Source: Antedon mediterranea (Eukaryota; Animalia; Echinodermata). Taken from it: a stretch of 64,000 nt of DNA. How positions within the stretch are numbered: position 1 is the stretch's first letter; the number at the start of each line of letters is the position of its first letter. Positions 12,925 to 27,700 of the stretch are shown here, piece after piece. The stretch lies in contig NC_092674.1 in NCBI RefSeq assembly GCF_964355755.1, positions 28,644,001 to 28,708,000 on the forward strand, written 5' to 3'. The notes under the pieces are model-generated. The model made no database searches. It was not told the DNA's origin and was given only the letters and a program-made list of their open reading frames with translations. The position numbers were made by a program, and so were the translations under genes.

Positions 12925-15428
12925 TCATCTATGATGCGCATTCCATTCTCTCAGCTGATTTGGTTTTAGACTTTGATCGACCCCTGCTACAGGTGCATCG
13001 TCCCAGTAGCCCTTTGTGTAACCATTCTGATGTAAGAATCCACGCTTACAAGCCTCAAATGACATGAACATAAGCCCAGCATACGGGACAACCTGAAAGT
13101 TTGAAAACAACAGTTTTTATACTTTTCATTTGAATACAATAGACCCACTGCAGCCTTAACTACTATAGACTCCTATTAAGGAGACACCTTCAGGACACAA
13201 ACAAAATGTTCCCTAATGTCTGTAGTATTATAACATGTACACAGGATGTGTCCCCTTAAAGCTCAGGTATAGGCATGAATTTTAAATATAATATTTGGTT
13301 AATTGTACATAAATCAAATATTTGTAACAGAAATCGAGACGAAAAAACATGAATTTCCCTTAATATGGTCAAATACAAAATTTGGCAAAATTTTTTCAGT
13401 AGTTAGGTAGTTAACCTAATGTAATAACATGTCTGGTGACTCCCTAGACGGTCAAAAAAGATGGTGGATATATGGTGGATAATTTTTGCTATAGCATGAA
13501 AATAAAAATCTGAAGTTGAATAAAAATATCAGAAATGTAATATTCAAGTTATATTACCTATATTTAGTCATCTGATAACATTTTTTACCACACTGTTTAT
13601 TTTCCATAGCTTTTTAAAATGCCTCTCTATTTACAAAATTTGTGTACAAAAGAATAGAGATTTTACCGTGTAATTTGAACTATCCCCCCACTGATAAGAA
13701 AGTGCTTATTTTCAACAAGCTCGTGTAACACAAATAAAATCCCAAAAATTATGAAACATAGGGGAAACTATAGATCGATAATTATTGGAATGTATGATTA
13801 ATAGAAATTTTTTGCCCGTACCTGGCCTTTAAGAGGGTGTCCCCTTACTGTATATTAAACAACATTTTTGTTAAAAGTATATTTAGACTTTGCATTACCT
13901 TACAGATGTTTGCCAAGTTGCCCCGCCATAGTCCCTTATAACCATAAAGTTCAATTGTCTTTGAGAACGCAGAGATCATTCCTCTGAAGTGGACATCAAC
14001 ACCACCACCATTACGCATTACAGAGCTTTGAGCCTAGCATTCATACAAATAACAAATAAATTAATAAATATGCAATTTTACTAGGTAAAGTGAAAAGGGA
14101 AGATAAGGGAAAAAAATTTTAAAGAGAAAAAAAAAGAGAAGTGAAAAGGTGAAAAAGAAGGAAAAGGAGAAAAAGAAGAGAAAAGGAGAGGATAGAAGCA
14201 TAAGAAAAGGCAAGAAAAGATAAATAAGGGAAAGAGAAGAGATGAGGAAAAGAGAAGGGAGAAGGAAAAAGGGAAAGGAAAGGAGAAGGGAACAGGATAA
14301 AGAGAAGAGAAGGAATAAGAAAATGAGATAGATGATGGAAAGAGAAGGTACAGTAGAAGAAAAAAGGAAAAGGGAAGGAAACAGGAGAAGATGTTAGAGG
14401 AAAGAGAGAGTGAGAAGAAGCAAAGATGTTTTTTCAATTGATACCAACCTGTAATTTCTTTCTAATTGTATCAAATGGAAAAGAAACCGTCTGAGCAAAA
14501 GCAGCGGCAACACAGCCGTTGCAGAAGTTTTGCATCGGTGTCAGCATATACCGAGGTTTGTCGCTGAACTGATCCAAGAACTCATAGGTTACAAAAGTAC
14601 AAGCTGTAAACGGAAGTGCTCCTAGAAAAAGAAATATTGGATTTATTGGATGTGTATATAATTTAATTTAGCATTCTTTTATTAACATAATAATGAGCAT
14701 GTGGTAATATTAAAAATTCAACTCTCCCATTAACCCGACTCTCTGAAAACTGGAAATTCTCCCCAAAACTAAATTTTTCTTGAGATCCCATAAGGTTCCA
14801 ATGTGTTTCTACCAAAAAAACACATTCCGAATACCAGAATTTCTGGAAAAGTAGACATAATAGGCCAGAGTGTCTGCGGTATTGGGAGAGTTGACTGTAA
14901 TGTAGTTGACATACCACAAATGGATACAAACATCCCTTTGTAAAGAGCCAATACGCCTTCTTCCTTGACAATCAACGCAAAAGCGTGAATTATACCGCTG
15001 TATCTTGGTTTTTGTGTATGCTGAACGATGAGTCTAGTTTTCACCATATCTGTCGGATAAGTCAGTATACTGGCAACCACTCCTCCTAATGTTCCAGCTG
15101 CCATTGAGCTGTACGGAGCCAATCTACCATGTTGATCCGCAAATAAATGTTTAAATTTGTAATATGATGAAAACTGAATTGCACTGAACGGAGAAAGTCT
15201 TAAACACCCAATTAGATTACCCTTCCAAAATGCCCGCAGCCCCTGGCTTTTATAAACATTCATAAAAGAATTTAAAAATCCATTTCTGGTGTCTGTTGTG
15301 CCAACCTGTGTCAGGATCTTGATGACATCAAGTGGAGAGACAACTGTTCTGCTAACTATACCAGCAACAGCGCCACAAGAAAAATTCTGAAAGTCAGTTA
15401 GTCTGTCATCTCGACCAGCTCTTCCCAT
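12925..15428 (-). CDS. SLC25A43: Mitochondrial carrier SLC25A43 (exons 15428-14915, 14621-14449, 14033-13899, 13092-12925)
   Basis: Carrier signatures PLDVIK, PTDMVKTRL and PFDTIRKKLQAQS. N-terminal RDDRLT, FWKGNLIGCLRLSP, GGVDVHF and a C-terminal GVDQSLKP fit the SLC25A43 subfamily. Confidence 0.88.
13260..13828. mobile_element. Non-autonomous element with TTAA TSD and AG..CT ends (Kolobok-like)
   Basis: ttaa|AGCTCAGGTATAGGCA ... TGCCCGTACCTGGCCT|ttaa, a 16-bp imperfect TIR. Confidence 0.55.
14085..14425. repeat. ~340-bp purine-rich (GA) low-complexity tract in SLC25A43 intron 2
   Basis: Almost only A/G on the + strand (gaaaaggagaaaaagaagagaaaagg...). Confidence 0.9.
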
Positions 15429-15704
15429 TTTCAACTGTTTTTTATGCGTAAATTCATAACGAATAATTCATGTAAAATTAGTCACCTTTATCTATTCCAA
15501 AAAATAAAAAGATTAACTCTTTTTTAATGAAACTAGGCCAGGTACCTTTCTGGCTCTGCATGCAATTCAACTGAAATCAAGTTTATTTTTCACATGTAAT
15601 GTTTGCTGCCATCTCTTGGTGTTTGTTTGTTAGTAAAATTTACTCCACAGCACATTCATCGTCCACGATTTGTGTGTGTCTCTCTCGCATCCTAATCGAA
15701 CAAG

Positions 15705-18700
15705 ATGTTGGTACCATATGTTGAAATTTACAAAGAAAATGTTGTAGAGGTACGAATATAAATCTATTTAGTACTGAAAAGTTCAGTTTTTTGTTAACAA
15801 ATAGTTGTTATGAAGCTAAAGGGAACTAGTTTAAGTTGCTGGTCAATTCGTCCCACCTGGACGGAACTGAAAAGCAGTCATACTATATACGCACGGTAGA
15901 CCCGGTGACGCCCGGTAGGCCCGGTCGGTATGCTTGTATGATATCAATATTTAACTTTTTATAATATATTTTTCCAGGAAATACAAGTTAAATATAAAAT
16001 CTAAAAATTATTGGAATATTGTTAAATGTTTCATCATACATTATCATCAACGCAACGTAACGTGTTAAAATGCCACAAAACATCACTTATCACAGAGGGC
16101 GGTCTTCAGTTTTCGTAATAAACCTGGTAATCCTTATTTTCACAGTTTTTCAAATAAAAAATGTCACAAATATCACAATAACATAAATAATTGTAGCATA
16201 CTTTACTTGAGTTGAGTATCATTAAATCCTACCGGCCCCAACTGGCGATACTATGGTTTATGGAAAATAACTGATACAAGAATAATTAACAAGTGGAACT
16301 CGTTGCCCGAATTGATTGTCAATAGCAAGAGTGTAAACTCATTCAAAAACAAACTTGACAAACACTCACACACATATGAGAGAAGAGGCTGAGGCTCCTT
16401 ACGAGTTTAAAAACTCAGTGCCTCTTAACTTTACTAAAGGTAAGAATTACTAAAGGTAAGAATGGTTTATGGAAAATAATTGTGGTTTTTATGAATTATT
16501 TCATTTTTTATTATTGTTAAAAATTCATTCTAATGTACAGTGCCATGATTATTTTAATTTTGCTACAATGAAATACTAATAACAAGTTTTATATATCAAT
16601 ATTCTAATCTAGAGATTAAAATTCAGCAAATCAGAATTTGTGAAGTTTGGTTTCTTACTGGGCAATTACAGGTATGTGGCTTGTGTGCTTTTTCAAAGAC
16701 ATAAAGTACTAACCCACTAGGCCTACTGACTGATATCTTCACAAACAAACACTCTTTGAAGTCAGACGTCCTGTGTACTACAGTGCAGATCACTAACATT
16801 CATTTGTGCACCAGATTTTAAAACATACAGTATTTCAATTCTTTTCCTTAGCAATTATGATGAAGTTTCTATAACAATAAGCTCTTGCAGCAGTGTATGT
16901 GATTCCAATGATGACGTGGTTTCAACACTAGATGCAACTTCACATGTTCTTTCTGGAGGTACTGCATTCATATTGTTTATACATCCAAAAAAAACTGAAT
17001 ATTTCAACAAAGTTATTTTTCTGTTAAGGCCAACTTACACAGACGAGCAGTAACTGTAAGCGGAAAACCGCGTAGCTTGTCGTAGAATCTGTATCTATCC
17101 TGAACAGAAACCACCCGTCCGGTCCGCGTTGTGTGCTAAATGGTCATAAGGAATAACATAATTTCACTATTACCGTTACCGCTCGTCTGTGTAAATTGGC
17201 GTTAATACATTTACTTTATAAAGTGAGTTTCAAAAGAAAATAAGTATTTGATTTCTTTCAATATTTAGATACAAGTATAGTAGGACTTTGGTTTAAAACA
17301 ACAGAAAACGTGGATACTCCTCTCATAGAGAAATTCTGTTTAGAAAAAGTTTCTGATAAATTGAAAGTAAGTTGTACTAATCATACAATATTATTATCAA
17401 TTTTTTTTTTCTATTTAAAGCTCTGTCTACCCTTTCAAACTTTATGTGACAAAAAAATGATGATGACGTCATATCCCTACCGTATTTGAGCATCATAAAT
17501 AAATAGGTTTTATTATAATAATAAAGTTAAAAGATCTCACTAGTTACCTAAATCATTATGGTAATTTTGTAATGAGTATTCATAAATTATCTTTATATTT
17601 TTAGCCATGGAGAAACTTTCTTGTCATATATGCCTTACCTAAAGATGAAGCCATCACCAGTATACATAGTGAGAATATTTTCATTTATAACAAAGTAGAA
17701 CATTCAGTAACACCAGCTTCTGTGAACATCCTACAAACGCCTGATTTTTTGCGGACGTTCCGAATCGCTGCTGATCTACCGGTGATGATGACCCTTAGCA
17801 AGGATACTGGTGAGTTTAGCCGCTGCATAAATTTGAATATTTGACTCCTGCGCAGAATTATATGCTTGAATGATCAGATACAACGAAGTAACCCTATTGT
17901 TAGCACACAAGAGTATCGTCCATTTATTGTTTTCTTTCTCAACTTTTAACACTGTTGATTTGCCTAAATTCAAATTTATTTTTTACATTTATATTGTCTT
18001 TTTTGCTTTTGGACATAAATAAATGTCTTTCAATTGAATAAAACAAAATAAATTCTTTATTCATTGTCTTTTTCAGATATAACACGTACGGCAGTGCAAC
18101 ACATCAAAGACTTAAAGCAACAAATTGATTCGGAGAGGACAGTGTTTCATATTAAGAACAGCAGTGTATTGCTAGGTATAGATAAACCAGTAATTGTTAA
18201 CAATACCAGGATTGATGATGCGACCTCTGCAAAGGAGATATTGAAATACATTGAAGATGATGAGGTGGATAGCTTTAGTGTTAAAAAAGCAAAGAAAACT
18301 AAGAAGAAAATCTCAGATGAAGAGGTATGAAATATATTTTTGGTTCTACTACTAGGAATTATTAATAAGGAAGAGGATAAGGAATCTCAATCTAAAAATG
18401 TCTTAAGCTCTGTCCACACTATCAAACTAGTTTTACAAAAAAAGTGTGAATAAGGTAGTGATATGCCCAAATATGGTAGTGATATGACATCATCATTTCC
18501 ATACAGTATACGGGACATATTTTTGTCACATAACGTTTGATAGTGTAGATAGAGCTTATCAAACTAGTTTGACAAAAAACTGTGATGTTCCAAAATATGA
18601 TAGTGATATACCCAAATATGGTAGTGATATGACATCATCATGTCCATCACATATTTTTGTCACATAAAGGTTGTTAGCTAGACAGAGCTTTAAAGTTCAA

Positions 18701-21700
18701 TTTATTATAATATTGAACCAATGTCGGTTTCTTGTTAGTTCCTTAAATTCCAACTTAATTCTTATGTTTACTTTGTAGGTTGTTGATGTTTCTTTACTGA
18801 CGCGAATAACACATCCAGCACATAGTATAGCTTCACCAGTGGCTTACTACAAATCTGGTAAATTTATTAAAGATGTATATGTAAAAAAACATGAAAAATG
18901 AAGATTAGTTTTCATAAAGTTATTCACTTCTGTAAAAAAACAATTATTTCACATATAAAAAGACAAAAAAAACGTTTAATTTTAACCAAAAAATCTTGTC
19001 ACGTTTGCTAAATATTTTGTTTTATACTATATGCCTCATTGAAGTATACACTTTCATCATTCACCTCATGCCATTATTTGTACCATTGCACTCATAAACA
19101 TTCATTTTTTGTATTTATTACTACATTTGATGAAACATTGTATTTTAATTATGTGTTTTATCTTTTAGGGTTAACACAACAAGTACAGTTCGCTCTACCA
19201 GTAAATGTTGTGGTTCAAGTAAACGAAAACAAAACTCCAGTTTCCAAACTTCCTAAACTTTTTATCAACGCTGTATGTAAACAATTAGCTGCCATGGCAA
19301 CATGTGTGCAAAAGTATTCAACAAATGAGATTTGCATTGTAAGGCCATTCCATTTTCAACCATGGGGGTGTAACCAGTTTGTAACAATTATATACCCAGA
19401 TGGGAAGACTGATAAAGATTTAGGTAGGTTATGTTTTCTTGTCAAAGTATTGACTTACCAAGTATTGATAATTTTCACAAACACACTTTCGATTTGCAAT
19501 GACTAACAGCCAAACTACATGTGCTCATGCAGAAATATTGAGACATGTTTTCTCACTCTCCACTTTGTAAAAAATAACATACATACAAAAGAAATAGAGC
19601 CAACAAATACTAAATTTCCCTTATATCTCTGTTTTTCTAGAATCTGAAAGAAGGACATTACATGAAATGCTGTTACTCCCTCTGGATAAACCGTTACTCA
19701 GAAGAAATAGTGCTTATCGCTTCCCAGCTGATAAAAAGAATATTGTGTACTTAGAAAATACACATATTGGTTTAAAAAATGACGGATGTGAGTTACTTGT
19801 TTATATTTCGTACAAATATAGCCAAAATGTAATATAATATTTTCTTGATCTTGGAAGTCTTAGGCTCTGTCTACACTATCAAACTTTATGTGAAAAAAAA
19901 AGAAGCTAAAATTAGGAATAAAGCAACTGTACATGTCCAATATTACCTCATTGATCTTTAGTAATAATAGTAATAGTAATTGAGTAATAAATGTACATTT
20001 TCTTGTACGTACATAAAAGAACTTTTGATGAGATATCGTAGTAATAAATGTATAAATAAATTTGATACTCATATTTCAATTTTTTCCAAAGCTGACGGCA
20101 GCAAAGTTTACCTCGTGCAGGGAACCTATTCCTATCACCATTACATGCAAGATAAATTTAACGATGATAAATGGGGTTGTGCTTATCGCTCGTTACAAAC
20201 CATTGTATCGTGGTTTCGACATCAAGGCTACACAGACGTGCCAGTACCGAGTCATAGGGTAATCCAACAGACCTTAGTCGATGTTGGGGATAAAGATGCT
20301 AAGTTTGTCGGTTCTAGAAATTGGATTGGATCGATAGAAGTGTGCACTGTTCTTGACCAACTGCTAGAGGTAAAGTCCGTTTTCCACTAGGCAAATTTAT
20401 TTGCGCAAATCGAAAGTGCGCATGCGTATTAATATTTTTCATCTACCTTTTGTGAAGTGGAAAAATGCACAACCAATCATAACTCAAGAATGTTTGATTT
20501 GCGCAAATATATTCGCTGATGAAAACAAGACTAAGGGTCTTGGCTCTTTTCATACTTGTAATAACTACTGAAATATTTATCATTAAAGAAGACAGTATAT
20601 TATATTAGTATGGAACGCCTCCTCTGCCTTCAGTTCACATTTATCATGCAGTACACACCAATCGTCATGCAGTACACACCAATCGTCATGCAGTACACAC
20701 CAATGGTCATGCAGTACACACCAATGGTCATGCAGTACACACCAATCGTCGTTCACATTTATCATGCAGTACACACCAATGGTTATGCAGTACACACCAA
20801 TCGTCATGCAGTACACACCAATGGTCATGCAGTACACACCAATCGTCATGCAGTACACACCAAACATCATGCAGTACACACCAATCGTCATGCAGTACAC
20901 ACCAAACATCATGCAGTACACACCAATGGTCATGCAGTACACACCAATTGTCATGCAGTACACACCAATCGTCATGCAGTACACACCAATCGTCATGCAG
21001 TGAAATATTGCGTAATTTATACCGCCACCTATCGACAAAATCGAATATCACGTGACGTTTATTAGACGGCTGTAAAACTAGGCCATCGACTCTAAGATTT
21101 CTTTTATGTTTGACATACTGTACTTATTTTAACCGCTACACATCTCTGTGAATGCTCTGTTTTTTATATATACAATAATTTATTATGCGAGACACAGGCG
21201 TATGGAACGCCTCCTCTGCCTTCAGTTCACATTTATCATGCAGTACACACCAATCGTCATGCAGTACACACCAATGGTCATGCAGTACACACCAATGGTC
21301 ATGCAGTACACACCAATGGTCATGCAGTACACACCAATCGTCGTTCACATTTATCATGCAGTACACACCAATGGTTATGCAGTACACACCAATCGTCATG
21401 CAGTACACACCAATGGTCATGCAGTACACACCAATCGTCATGCAGTACACACCAAACATCATGCAGTACACACCAATCGTCATGCAGTACACACCAATGG
21501 TCATGCAGTACACACCAATTGTCATCCAGTACACACCAATCGTCATGCAGTACACACCAATCGTCATGCAGTGAAATATTGCGTAATTTATACCGCCACC
21601 TATCGACAAAATCGAATATCACGTGACGTTTATTAGACGGCTGTAAAACTAGGCCATCGACTCTAAGATTTCTTTTATGTTTGACATACTGTACTTATTT

Positions 21701-24700
21701 TAACCGCTACACATCTCTGTGAATGCTCTGTTTTTTATATATACAATAATTTATTATGCGAGACACAGGCGCGGCTAGGAGGCCATTGCAATTATTGAAT
21801 TCCATAAAAGAAGTTTAAATAGTCTTAGTTTTACAGCCGTCTAATAAACCTCACGTGATATTCGATTTTGTCGATAGGTGGCGGTATAAATTACGCAATA
21901 TTTGACTGCATGACGATTGGTGTGTACTGCATGACGATTGGTGTGTACTGCATGACAATTGGTGTGTACTGCATAATGTTTGGTGTGTACTGCATGACGA
22001 TTGGTGTGTACTGCATGACGATTGGTGTGTACTGCATGATAAATGTGAACGACGATTGGTGTGTACTGCATGACAATTGGTGTGTACTGCATGACCATTG
22101 GTGTGTACTGCATGACGATTGGTGTGTACTACATGACGATTGGTGTGTACTGCATGATGTTTGGTGTGTACTGCATGACGATTGGTGTGTACTGCATGAC
22201 GATTGGTGTGTACTGCATGACCATTGGTGTGTACTGCATGACGATTGGTGTGTACTGCATGATAAATGTGAACTGAAGGCAGAGGAGGCGTTCCATACAG
22301 GCGCGGCTAGGAGGCCATTGCAATTATTGAATTCCATAAAAGAAGTTTAAATAGTCTTAGTTTTATGGAACGCCTCCTCTGCCTTCAGTTCACAATGGTC
22401 ATGCAGTACACACCAATGGTCATGCAGTACACACCAATGGTCATGCAGTACACACCAATGGTCATGCAGTACATACCAATGGTCATGCAGTACACACCAA
22501 TCGTCGTTCACATTTATCATGCAGTACACACCAATGGTCATGCAGTACACACCAATGGTCATGCAGTACACACCAATCGTCATGCAGTACACACCAAACA
22601 TCATGCAGTACACACCAATCGTCATGCAGTACACACAAAACATCATGCAGTACACACCAATGGTCATGCAGTACACACCAATTGTCATGCAGTACACACC
22701 AATCGTCATGCAGTACACACCAATCGTCATGCAGTGAAATATTGCGTAATTTATACCGCCACCTATCGACAAAATCGAATATCACGTGACGTTTATTAGA
22801 CGGCTGTAAAACTAGGCCATCGACTCTAAGATTTCTTTTATGTTTGACATACTGTACTTATTTTAACCGCTACACATCTCTGTGAATGCTCTGTTTTTTA
22901 TATGTACAATAATTTACTATGCGAGACACAGGCGCGGCTAGGAGGCCATTGCAATTATTGAATTCCATAAAAGAAGTTTAAATAGTCTTAGTTTTACAGC
23001 CGTCTAATAAACCTCACGTGATATTCGATTTTGTCGATAGGTGGCGGTATAAATTACGCAAGATTTGACTGCATGACGATTGGTGTGTACTGCATGACAA
23101 TTGGTGTGTACTGCATAATGTTTGGTGTGTACTGCATGACGATTGGTGTGTACTGCATGACGATTGGTGTGTACTGCATGATAAATGTGAACGACGATTG
23201 GTGTGTACTGCATGACAATTGGTGTGTACTGCATGACCATTGGTGTGTACTGCATGACGATTGGTGTGTACTGCATGACGATTGGTGTGTACTGCATGAT
23301 GTTTGGTGTGTACTGCATGACGATTGGTGTGTACTGCATGACGATTGGTGTGTACTGCATGACCATTGGTGTGTACTGCATGACGATTGGTGTGTACTGC
23401 ATGACGATTGGTGTGTACTGCATGATAAATGTGAACTGAAGGCAGAGGAGGCGTTCCATATAGTTTTACAGCCGTCTAATAAACCTCACGTGATATTCGA
23501 TTTTGTCGATAGGTGGCGGTATAAATTACGCAATATTTGACTGCATGACGATTGGTGTGTACTGCATGACGATTGGTGTGTACTGCATGACAATTGGTGT
23601 GTACTGCATAATGTTTGGTGTGTACTGCATGACGATTGGTGTGTACTGCATGACGATTGGTGTGTACTGCATGATAAATGTGAACGACGATTGGTGTGTA
23701 CTGCATGACAATTGGTGTGTACTGCATGACCATTGGTGTGTACTGCATGACGATAGGTGTGTACTGCATGACGATTGGTGTGTACTGCATGATGTTTGGT
23801 GTGTACTGCATGACGATTGGTGTGTACTGCATGACGATTGGTGTGTACTGCATGACCATTGGTGTGTACTGCATGACCATTGGTATGTACTGCATGACGA
23901 TTGGTGTGTACTGCATGATAAATGTGAACTGAAGGCAGAGGAGGCGTATGGAACGCCTCCTCTGCCTTCAGTTCACATTTATCATGCAGTACATATGGAA
24001 CGCCTCCTCTGCCTTCAGTTCACATTTATCATGCAGTACACACCAATCGTCATGCAGTACACACCAATCGTCATGCAGTACACACCAATGGTCATGCAGT
24101 ACACACCAATCGTCATGCAGTACACACCAATCGTCATGCAGTACACACCAAACATCATGCAGTACACACCAATCGTCATGCAGTACACACCAATCGTCAT
24201 GCAGTACACACCAATCGTCGTTCACATTTATCATGCAGTACACACCAATCATCATGCAGTACACACCAATCGTCATGCAGTACACACCAAACATCATGCA
24301 GTACACACCAATTGTCATGCAGTACACACCAATCGTCATGCAGTACACACCAATCGTCATGCAGTCAAATATTGCGTAATTTATACCGCCACCTATCGAC
24401 AAAATCGAATATCACGTGAGGTTTATTAGACGGCTGTAAAACTAAGACTATTTAAACTTCTTTTATGGAATTCAATAATTGCAATGGCCTCCTAGCCGCG
24501 CCTGTGTCTCGCATAATAAATTATTGTATATATAAAAAAACAGAGCATTCACAGAGATGTGTAGCGGTTAAAATAAGTACAGTATGTCAAACATAAAAGA
24601 AATCTTAGAGGCGATGGCCTAGTTTTACAGCCGTCTAATAAACGTCACGTGATTTTCGATTTTGTCGATAGGTGGCGGTATAAATTACGCAAAATTTCAC

Positions 24701-27700
24701 TGCATGACGATTGGTGTGTACTGCATGACGATTGGTGTGTACTGCATGACAATTGGTGTGTACTGCATGACCATTGGCGTGTACTGCATGATGTTTGGTG
24801 TGTACTGCATGACGATTGGTGTGTACTGCATGATGTTTGGTGTGTACTGCATGACGATTGGTGTGTACTGCATGACGATTGGTGTGTACTGCATGACGAT
24901 TGGTGTGTACTGCATGACCATTGGTGTGTACTGCATGATAAATGTGAACGACGATTGGTGTGTACTGCATGACCATTGGTGTGTACTGCATGACCATTGG
25001 TGTGTACTGCATGACCATTGGTGTGTACTGCATGACGATTGGTGTGTACTGCATGACCATTGTGAACTGAAGGCAGAGGAGGCGTTCCATAAGTACACAC
25101 CAATCGTAATGCAGTACACACCAATCGTCATGCAGTACACACCAATCGTCATGCAGTACACACCAATCGTCATGCAGTACACACCAAACATCATGCAGTA
25201 CACACCAATCGTCATGCAGTACACACCAATCGTCATGCAGTACACACCAATGGTCATGCAGTACACACCAATTGTCATGCAGTACACACCAATCGTCGTT
25301 CACATTTATCATGCAGTACACACCAATCGTCATGCAGTACACACCAATCGTCATGCAGTACACACCAATCGTCATGCAGTACACACCAAACATCATGCAG
25401 TACACACCAATTGTCATGCAGTACACACCAATCGTCATGCAGTACACACCAATCGTCATGCAGTCAAATATTGCGTAATTTATACCGCCACCTATCGACA
25501 AAATCGAATATCACGTGAGTTTTATTAGACGGCTGTAAAACTATATGGAACGCCTCCTCTGCCTTCAGTTCACATTTATCATGCAGTACACACCAATCGT
25601 CATGCAGTACACACCAATGGTCATGCAGTACACACCAATGGTCATGCAGTACACACCAATGGTCATGCAGTACACACCAATCGTCGTTCACATTTATCAT
25701 GCAGTACACACCAATGGTTATGCAGTACACACCAATCGTCATGCAGTACACACCAATGGTCATGCAGTACACACCAATCGTCATGCAGTACACACCAAAC
25801 ATCATGCAGTACACACCAATCGTCATGCAGTACACACCAAACATCATGCAGTACACACCAATGGTCATGCAGTACACACCAATTGTCATGCAGTACACAC
25901 CAATCGTCATGCAGTACACACCAATCGTCATGCAGTGAAATATTGCGTAATTTATACCGCCACCTATCGACAAAATCGAATATCACGTGACGTTTATTAG
26001 ACGGCTGTAAAACTAGGCCATCGACTCTAAGATTTCTTTTATGTTTGACATACTGTACTTATTTTAACCGCTACACATCTCTGTGAATGCTCTGTTTTTT
26101 ATATATACAATAATTTATTATGCGAGACACAGGCGCGGCTAGGAGGCCATTGCAATTATTGAATTCCATAAAAGAAGTTTAAATAGTCTTAGTTTTACAG
26201 CCGTCTAATAAACCTCACGTGATATTCGATTTTGTCGATAGGTGGCGGTATAAATTACGCAATATTTGACTGCATGACGATTGGTGTGTACTGCATGACG
26301 ATTGGTGTGTACTGCATGACAATTGGTGTGTACTGCATAATGTTTGGTGTGTACTGCATGACGATTGGTGTGTACTGCATGACGATTGGTGTGTACTGCA
26401 TGATAAATGTGAACGACGATTGGTGTGTACTGCATGACAATTGGTGTGTACTGCATGACCATTGGTGTGTACTGCATGACGATTGGTGTGTACTACATGA
26501 CGATTGGTGTGTACTGCATGATGTTTGGTGTGTACTGCATGACGATTGGTGTGTACTGCATGACGATTGGTGTGTACTGCATGACCATTGGTGTGTACTG
26601 CATGACGATTGGTGTGTACTGCATGACGATTGGTGTGTACTGCATGATAAATGTGAACTGAAGGCAGAGGAGGCGTTCCATAAAACTAAGACTATTTAAA
26701 CTTCTTTTATGGAATTCAATAATTGCAATGGCCTCCTAGCCGCGTATGGAACGCCTCCTCTGCCTTCAGTTCACAATGGTCATGCAGTACACACCAGTCG
26801 TCATGCAGTACACACCAATGGTCATGCAGTACACACCAATGGTCATGCAGTACACACCAATGGTCATGCAGTACACACCAATCGTCGTTCACATTTATCA
26901 TGCAGTACACACCAATGGTCATGCAGTACACACCAATTGTCATGCAGTACACACCAATGGTCATGCAGTACACATCAATCGTCATGCAGTACACACCAAA
27001 CATCATGCAGTACACACCAATCGTCATGCAGTACACACCAAACATCATGCAGTACACACCAATGGTCATGCAGTACACACCAATTGTCATGCAGTACACA
27101 CCAATCGTCATGCAGTGAAATATTGCGTAATTTATACCGCCACCTATCGACAAAATCGAATATCACGTGACGTTTATTAGACGGCTGTAAAACTAGGCCA
27201 TCGACTCTAAGATTTCTTTTATGTTTGACATACTGTACTTATTTTAACCGCTACACATCTCTGTGAATGCTCTGTTTTTTATATATACAATAATTTATTA
27301 TGCGAGACACAGGCGTATGGAACGCCTCCTCTGCCTTCAGTTCACAATGGTCATGCAGTACACACCAATCGTCATGCAGTACACACCAATCGTCATGCAG
27401 TACACACCAATGGTCATGCAGTACACACCAATGGTCATGCAGTACACACCAATCGTCGTTCACATTTATCATGCAGTACACACCAATGGTCATGCAGTAC
27501 ACACCAATCGTCATGCAGTACACACCAATGGTCATGCAGTACACACCAATCGTCATGCAGTACACACCAAACCTCATGCAGTACACACCAATCGTCATGC
27601 AGTACACACCAAACATCATGCAGTACACACCAATGGTCATGCAGTACACACCAATTGTCATGCAGTACACACCAATCGTCATGCAGTACACACCAATCGT

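Noticed and set aside
14081-14437. 118-aa Phe/Ser/Leu-rich ORF
   Set aside because: It is the translation of the intronic pyrimidine tract.
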